Translations under genes and position numbers: made by a program
Shown: one piece after another, positions 26,939-32,000 of the stretch
Layout: each line of letters starts with the position of its first letter
Numbering within the stretch: position 1 is the first letter of the stretch
The notes under the pieces: generated by a model
What the model was told of the DNA's origin: nothing
The model's input: the letters and a program-made list of their open reading frames with translations, nothing else
Database searches by the model: none
Source: Desulfocapsa sulfexigens DSM 10523
GTDB lineage: Bacteria; Desulfobacterota; Desulfobulbia; Desulfobulbales; Desulfocapsaceae
Length of the DNA: 32,000 nucleotides
NCBI RefSeq assembly: GCF_000341395.1
Contig: NC_020304.1
Coordinates: 2,490,001-2,522,000, forward strand
Direction of reading: 5' to 3'

Positions 26939-28027
26939 TCATTCTGTTCTTTTGTTTATGAGGCTCATGGCAGCAGCAAAGACCTCCTGCACGGTGATTT
27001 GTTGCATACATGCGGCATTGTTTGGACATTTTGGGGTGTAGCCAAATCTGGTGCATGGTGAGCATGAAAGCTGTTTATTAATGATAATATGTTTATCTCC
27101 ATGTGGTGCCCATTTGGCAGCAATACCAGAACCGAATAAAGAGACGGTTGCTTTGTTAAGGGCAACACCAGCATGCAGCATTCCGGAATCCCCACTAATC
27201 AGTAAGTGGGAGTTTTGGATGATAGCAAAAGACTCTGCAAATGTTGTTTTTCCTGCTAAATTTGTCCCTTTGTTTCCTTTGACTATCTCATTGCCAGTAT
27301 CGATGTCTTCCTTTCCGCCAATAACTACTACCTGAAATCCTTTTTGATTGAAAAGTTGGGTAAGGCGAAAAAAATTGTCCTCCCCCCATTGTCTTTCCTG
27401 GATGCTTGCTCCAGGAAATATGCAGATGTATGTTTCTGACTGCAAAGGTGTAAGCAGTCTTTGGACTGTTTGTTTTGCGGACTCAGGTAGTTGCAGGAAT
27501 GGTTTGGATATTTTTTCTGGTGGTGTAATACCGAGTGGTGCCAGCAGATTGAGAAAACTATCTGCCTCGTAAGTGTCGTGTGAGTAGTCAACACAATCTG
27601 AAAACATTTTGACACGCTCGTTTCCAGAAAAACCGATTTTGACATCACTGCGGATAACACGTGAGACGACCGCAGAAAGACGGTGGTGCTGCTCGGTGTC
27701 GATGATACAGTCATAGCGTTTTGTTAAACAGGAGAAGAGTTCCATGAAATGATCATGCCTGTAGACTTTTTCTACGGCTGAACACAAGGTGAAAACTGCT
27801 CCATTTCGGGTTTCAGCCAATATCTCAATATGGCAGTCAGGGAAAGCAGATTTGATGGCTTGAATTGCTGGAATAAGAAGGATTGCATCTCCAATACCAC
27901 CAGGACGGATGAATAAAAAACTGGGTGCAGCAGGAAATTCTCGTCGGGTATTTTTGAACCGGGGTAAAAGACGAATTAAGAGTGAGCCAAATTGTTGGTC
28001 AATACCTTTTAGAAAGAGAGTGTTCAT
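26939..28027 (-). CDS. Glycosyltransferase family 9 (heptosyltransferase-like)
   Basis: LFIRPGGIGDAILLIPAIQAIKSAFPDCHIEILAE...YICIFPGASIQERQWGEDNFFRL...LLISGDSGMLHAGVALNKATVSLFG. Confidence 0.9.
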   Translation of the reverse strand: MNTLFLKGIDQQFGSLLIRLLPRFKNTRREFPAAPSFLFIRPGGIGDAILLIPAIQAIKSAFPDCHIEILAETRNGAVFTLCSAVEKVYRHDHFMELFSCLTKRYDCIIDTEQHHRLSAVVSRVIRSDVKIGFSGNERVKMFSDCVDYSHDTYEADSFLNLLAPLGITPPEKISKPFLQLPESAKQTVQRLLTPLQSETYICIFPGASIQERQWGEDNFFRLTQLFNQKGFQVVVIGGKEDIDTGNEIVKGNKGTNLAGKTTFAESFAIIQNSHLLISGDSGMLHAGVALNKATVSLFGSGIAAKWAPHGDKHIIINKQLSCSPCTRFGYTPKCPNNAACMQQITVQEVFAAAMSLINKRTE

Positions 28028-28044
28028 CAGGGAAGGATTGACGA

Positions 28045-28953
28045 TTATGATTTTTTTTGAGGCCTGGCAAACACAGTGATATTATCACTACGACCTGTCA
28101 AATAGCCTAGGGCAATGAGTGGTGCGAAAAATAGCATTGAGAGTGGGGTCGTGCTCAAGGCTCTACCAATACGAGGGAACCTTCGAGTAAAGCTTTGAGG
28201 GTACCAGAGAGGTGATGGCGTTTGGTACAGTTTTGATACGTTATACCCACAGGATATTAGCAGTATGCGAAGCGCCTTTGGGTTGAAAAAACTGCAATGC
28301 CAGGGAAGAACCCATGTCCAGTTTGTTCCGAATATCTTTCTGCCGATACAATAAATATTTGGCACAACTATCAGGAGTAGTCCGTTGTTTGTTAATTGTG
28401 GAATCAGCTCACGTAATATTTTCTGCGGATGTTCAAAGTGTTCGACAACATGACGGATGACAATTAAGTCAAATTTTTGATCTGGCTTCAATTCCTCAGC
28501 ATAACATGACAAAACGTCGAGTCCTCTTTGCCGAGCAATTGCTGCTCTTTTTGGTGATGGCTCGAGTCCTGTAACAATTGCTCCAGATTCTGCCCAAATT
28601 TGTGAGATTAGCCCGGTACCACAGCCAATATCCAACATCCTGAAATCCTTTTTCCCGAGGAGCTGTCTTGCTTTGGCAATTTCAGGGTTTATTATTAAGC
28701 GTTTGTGGAGGGTACGTAATAGGTTACTCTCAAACAATTCTACAGCACCGTCTACAGATTCCATTTTACGTTCCTCAACGTCTAATAGAACAAGGGGGCG
28801 AAGAAATTCGAGGGTGCAGCTTTGGCAACGGTAGATGAACGATTCTCCATTGTTATGGAGAAGACGGTAAAAAACAGAATCGGTGGTATCGCCGCATCCT
28901 GGGCAGATACGGGGTGAACTTGAGGTCCTGAATGCTTCTAGTGTGTTCATCAA
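28045..28953 (-). CDS. Zinc-ribbon class I SAM-dependent methyltransferase
   Basis: CPGCGDTTDSVFY...YRCQSCTLEFL plus MLDIGCGTGLISQIWAESGAIVTGLEPS, FDLIVIRHVVEHFEHP. Confidence 0.88.
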   Translation of the reverse strand: MMNTLEAFRTSSSPRICPGCGDTTDSVFYRLLHNNGESFIYRCQSCTLEFLRPLVLLDVEERKMESVDGAVELFESNLLRTLHKRLIINPEIAKARQLLGKKDFRMLDIGCGTGLISQIWAESGAIVTGLEPSPKRAAIARQRGLDVLSCYAEELKPDQKFDLIVIRHVVEHFEHPQKILRELIPQLTNNGLLLIVVPNIYCIGRKIFGTNWTWVLPWHCSFFNPKALRILLISCGYNVSKLYQTPSPLWYPQSFTRRFPRIGRALSTTPLSMLFFAPLIALGYLTGRSDNITVFARPQKKS

Positions 28954-28973
28954 AGTATTGGTAGCCCTTATCT

Positions 28974-29699
28974 TTAGGGAAATGGTTTCATATCTGTGTG
29001 GAGAGATACAAAAGTGGAAAAAATTGTATACGATACCACCATCATGAGCATATAAAAACCAACTTGCAACCCTAGCCCTGGCATTCCAAATAGGGGGAAA
29101 AATACGAAAATCAGGGCCGTGTAATCGGGGAAAGAGAGAAAGGACTTGATATTACGTTGAAACCACCATTGACGGTATCGGTTGTACCATCGAAAGAAAG
29201 GGAAAGTACCTAAGGTTTCTTTATGTTGCTTTACCGCAAATCCCATCAGATAGCTTATGTAGCATTCTGCGACATGCATAAACAGCATTGCCCAAATCCA
29301 AAGAGAGGACAGCATCCCTTGTGACCAAGCCAGGCAGAGCAGGATGAGGATGTCTCCTACCAGGTCGGACATGTGATCAAGGTAGCGACCTAATTCTGAT
29401 GATTGTTTGTTGATCCTGGCTACAGTCCCATCAGCACAATCACCCACATAGGCAAGATAATAACTTAATGCACCGATAATTAGCCCTGGGTAACTGTTTG
29501 TTAGAAAACAACTCATTGTTATCAGGCGAAAAGCAATGGCAGAAAATGTTATATGGTTTGCAGTCAATGATGTGCGGTTAACCACATATACAACTAATTT
29601 ACGCGAAACTGGTTGTATAAAAGGGAGCGCCCACCATGTTTTTAAAGACATCGCTGCATCTGCCTGGGACTCAGTGATCTTAGATTGCTTATCCGCCAT
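28974..29699 (-). CDS. CDP-alcohol phosphatidyltransferase family protein
   Basis: Complete motif DCADGTVARINKQSSELGRYLDHMSD (Dx2DGx2ARx8Gx3Dx3D). Confidence 0.9.
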   Translation of the reverse strand: MADKQSKITESQADAAMSLKTWWALPFIQPVSRKLVVYVVNRTSLTANHITFSAIAFRLITMSCFLTNSYPGLIIGALSYYLAYVGDCADGTVARINKQSSELGRYLDHMSDLVGDILILLCLAWSQGMLSSLWIWAMLFMHVAECYISYLMGFAVKQHKETLGTFPFFRWYNRYRQWWFQRNIKSFLSFPDYTALIFVFFPLFGMPGLGLQVGFYMLMMVVSYTIFSTFVSLHTDMKPFP

Positions 29700-30102
29700 T
29701 ACGTAATTGACCTTTTAAAGAAGAACTTGAGATGTCTTTTGTGCGGGGGAGATAGATGACTTCACAATACTCTTTTAAAAAATCAAATTCTCCCTTCCAG
29801 TCATCACCCATTACAAAGATATCAACTTTATAGTGCAATACATCTTTGATTTTCTGATCCCAGCTTTTTTCTGGAATAACCAGATCAACATAACAAATTG
29901 CTTCAAGGATTTCTTTTCGCTGATCAAAAGGTAAAAAAGATGACTTGTGTTTGAGTAGATTGAAATCATCAGCCGAAAGACCAACGATTAAAAAGTCTCC
30001 CAATGCTTTAGCACGTTTTAAAAGACGGATATGGCCAACATGGAGAAAATCAAAAGTGCCATAAGTGAGGATTGTTTTGATATTTGCATCAATAGACATC
30101 AT
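29689..30102 (-). CDS. tagD: Glycerol-3-phosphate cytidylyltransferase-like (TagD family)
   Basis: LTYGTFDFLHVGHIRLLKRAKALGDFLIVGLSADDFNLLKHK...DVFVMGDDWKGEFDFLKEYCEVIYLPRTKDISSS-type sequence, very TagD-like. Confidence 0.85.
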   Translation of the reverse strand: MMSIDANIKTILTYGTFDFLHVGHIRLLKRAKALGDFLIVGLSADDFNLLKHKSSFLPFDQRKEILEAICYVDLVIPEKSWDQKIKDVLHYKVDIFVMGDDWKGEFDFLKEYCEVIYLPRTKDISSSSLKGQLRNGG

Positions 30103-30103
30103 C

Positions 30104-31159
30104 TTATACCGCTAACTTCAACAATCTTAAGACTGGGTAGGATAGTTTTCCGAGGGACATAAATATTTTGGGTTGTAACCAAAAAAGTGTAAAGGATAAT
30201 TTATGTTTTATTGATTTTCCGTTTAGGACGTAGAACCAACCTAGTCTTCTGAATTCGTTGTTACTTTTAAGGAAATGGATGATTTGTTTTGTCCCATCGT
30301 TTTTGTTTGATTTGTCTATTAATTTGTATACTGATTCCATATTTAATTTTTCAAATTTTGCAATATTGTAGCCATTGCTTTTCAGTACATCAGAAAAACT
30401 ACTTTTACATATTGATGTCTCGATGAAATTGTATATTTTGAATAAATCAAAAATGTTCTTCATCTTTAATTCACTGGTATTTGATCCAGTTCTGAAACGT
30501 CTATAATAGTATAAATACTCATTGCACATTGCAACGCGTTTTGCATCCAACATGATTAAGTAGGAAAACTCGATATCCTCGTGGACATGATTTTCTCGGA
30601 ACGGAATTTTTATTGCCAAATCACGAGTAATAAATTTGTTGCATGCAGATAGGCAGAACGAATTGTAATTTAGGGATTCAGTGAGAAATATTTTACCAGT
30701 TATTATGTTTTCGTGAAGATAACTGTTTCGTTTTATACGTCTATCTCCAATCGCTAGATAATATTCATATACTAATACATCAAGGTTGTGTTTTTTAGCT
30801 TTTTTGTAAAGAATTTCGCAGGTATTGTTGGCAATCCAATCATCGCTGTCTATGAACAAAACATACTCGCCGGTAGATTGTTTAACCCCAATATTACGCG
30901 CACAACTGGTTCCGGAGTTGGCTTGCTTGATTATTTTTATTCTAGAGTCAATAGATTGATATTTTTCACTAACTTGAAGTGTGTTATCTGTTGACCCATC
31001 ATCTACTATTATAATTTCAATATTCTCTAGTGTTTGATTCACAACAGACTCTAAACATTCACTGATATATGTTTCTACATTATATGCTGGAATTATTAGA
31101 CTTACGTTTGGGGGATTCATCTTAACGGCTTGCCTCTGTAGAGCCATCATTGATAACAA
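30104..31159 (-). CDS. Glycosyltransferase family 2
   Basis: VSLIIPAYNVETYISECLESVVNQTLENIEIIIVDDGSTDNT; YVLFIDSDDWIA. Confidence 0.9.
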   Translation of the reverse strand: MLSMMALQRQAVKMNPPNVSLIIPAYNVETYISECLESVVNQTLENIEIIIVDDGSTDNTLQVSEKYQSIDSRIKIIKQANSGTSCARNIGVKQSTGEYVLFIDSDDWIANNTCEILYKKAKKHNLDVLVYEYYLAIGDRRIKRNSYLHENIITGKIFLTESLNYNSFCLSACNKFITRDLAIKIPFRENHVHEDIEFSYLIMLDAKRVAMCNEYLYYYRRFRTGSNTSELKMKNIFDLFKIYNFIETSICKSSFSDVLKSNGYNIAKFEKLNMESVYKLIDKSNKNDGTKQIIHFLKSNNEFRRLGWFYVLNGKSIKHKLSFTLFWLQPKIFMSLGKLSYPVLRLLKLAV

Positions 31160-31293
31160 TTATTTCTATATTCTTAAGAGTTTGATCCATTACTGATGAG
31201 AGACATATTGAAAATATATTTTTCAGCGTTAATCGAAGAGATAATAATACTAATTTTCGGTTCCACAAAATCATGTCTGCTAAGGTTAGCTTC

Positions 31294-32000
31294 CTATTTC
31301 ACACTCCATCTTTTTTTTTCACCACAGGCAAGACGAAACATATCTGCGATTTCAAGGCCAATTTTTTTTGAAAAAATTGTCACTACCAAAAGCTTTAATA
31401 ACGAAATAGGAAATTCATAAAACTGATGACACAATGGAATTTGATAGCCCAATTCTTTTGAGATCTGTCTGTTTTCAAGTAAAATACCAAGACCTGATGT
31501 GAGCTTTCCAGAAACACCGCCTATAGGCATTCGATCAATTAAAAGATCGAAATACTCAGGTTCCTTATTTAATATTGATTCCATCATCAAGTAACTATCT
31601 CCAGAAATTCTTAAACGAATGTCGAAAGGCTCATTAGCTACAAAAAGTGACTTATGGTGAAATGTTGCTGGATGCGGTGGCAATTGAGGGCGGAGTAAAG
31701 TCCATTCATTTTTCAATTCACACCACGGCTTATCAATTATATCTATCACTTGTCTTTTTATTTCAGACACCAGAAGTAAATTTCCATATACTAAGTCATG
31801 AAAAGGATGCGCCTTCGCAAGGACTGATGCCATTTTTTCAAGAGTGTCAGGATCAGCCAACTCATCCCCAGCGCCTATGAATTGTATCCATTCCCCTTTT
31901 GCATGTCGCAGCGCTTTGTTCCAAGCATCATAAATCCCCTGGTCCGGTTCACTGAACCACAGGTCAATAATATCTTCGTATTGCTTAACCACTGAAAGAG
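31294..32000 (-). CDS. Glycosyltransferase family 2 (WcaA-like), N-terminus beyond window edge
   Basis: VVKQYEDIIDLWFSEPDQGIYDAWNKALRHAKGEWIQFIGAGDELADPDTL; frame is open through to 32000, so the listed GTG start is probably internal. Confidence 0.82.
   Translation of the reverse strand, partial: LSVVKQYEDIIDLWFSEPDQGIYDAWNKALRHAKGEWIQFIGAGDELADPDTLEKMASVLAKAHPFHDLVYGNLLLVSEIKRQVIDIIDKPWCELKNEWTLLRPQLPPHPATFHHKSLFVANEPFDIRLRISGDSYLMMESILNKEPEYFDLLIDRMPIGGVSGKLTSGLGILLENRQISKELGYQIPLCHQFYEFPISLLKLLVVTIFSKKIGLEIADMFRLACGEKKRWSVK

Noticed and set aside
1-32000. CRISPR array, integrase/prophage genes or rRNA
   Set aside because: No regularly spaced direct repeats with spacers, no Cas-like ORFs, no phage structural genes, no tyrosine or serine recombinase ORF was recognised in the window.

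Overview
The window appears to come from a Gram-negative, Desulfobulbales-like genome; that assignment is inferred from gene content only. Housekeeping and envelope genes flank an accessory island at about 3.1-11.1 kb. I read the island as an integron-type gene-cassette array with no integrase in the window (a CALIN-like cluster). All cassette genes lie on the minus strand. The cassettes are: an LptA/OstA-like protein; a DUF4393/Abi_alpha-like candidate abortive-infection protein; a HicA-HicB-DUF6941-like three-gene unit with its own terminator; and a Phd/ParE-type toxin-antitoxin pair carrying an IS1182-family transposase gene upstream. One attC-like site (10298-10421) is well supported. One attC-like site appears to be split by a complete, oppositely oriented group II intron (about 5744-7772). 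Others are degenerate. Outside the island: a truncated CPA-type antiporter, a left-handed beta-helix protein, a CBS-domain protein, tRNA-Gln(CTG), amrB-like, cysS, an AmpG-like MFS transporter, mutY, a flavodoxin, prmA, a giant DUF748/AsmA-like protein, a cdaA-cdaR-glmM operon, a HepT/MntA-type TA pair, and an envelope polysaccharide locus with adjacent TagD-like cytidylyltransferase and CDP-alcohol phosphotransferase genes. No CRISPR array, rRNA or prophage was seen. The most novel items are the three-gene Hic cassette, the attC-splitting group II intron, and the lone LptA-like cassette. All of this is read by eye; no folding or database searches were run.
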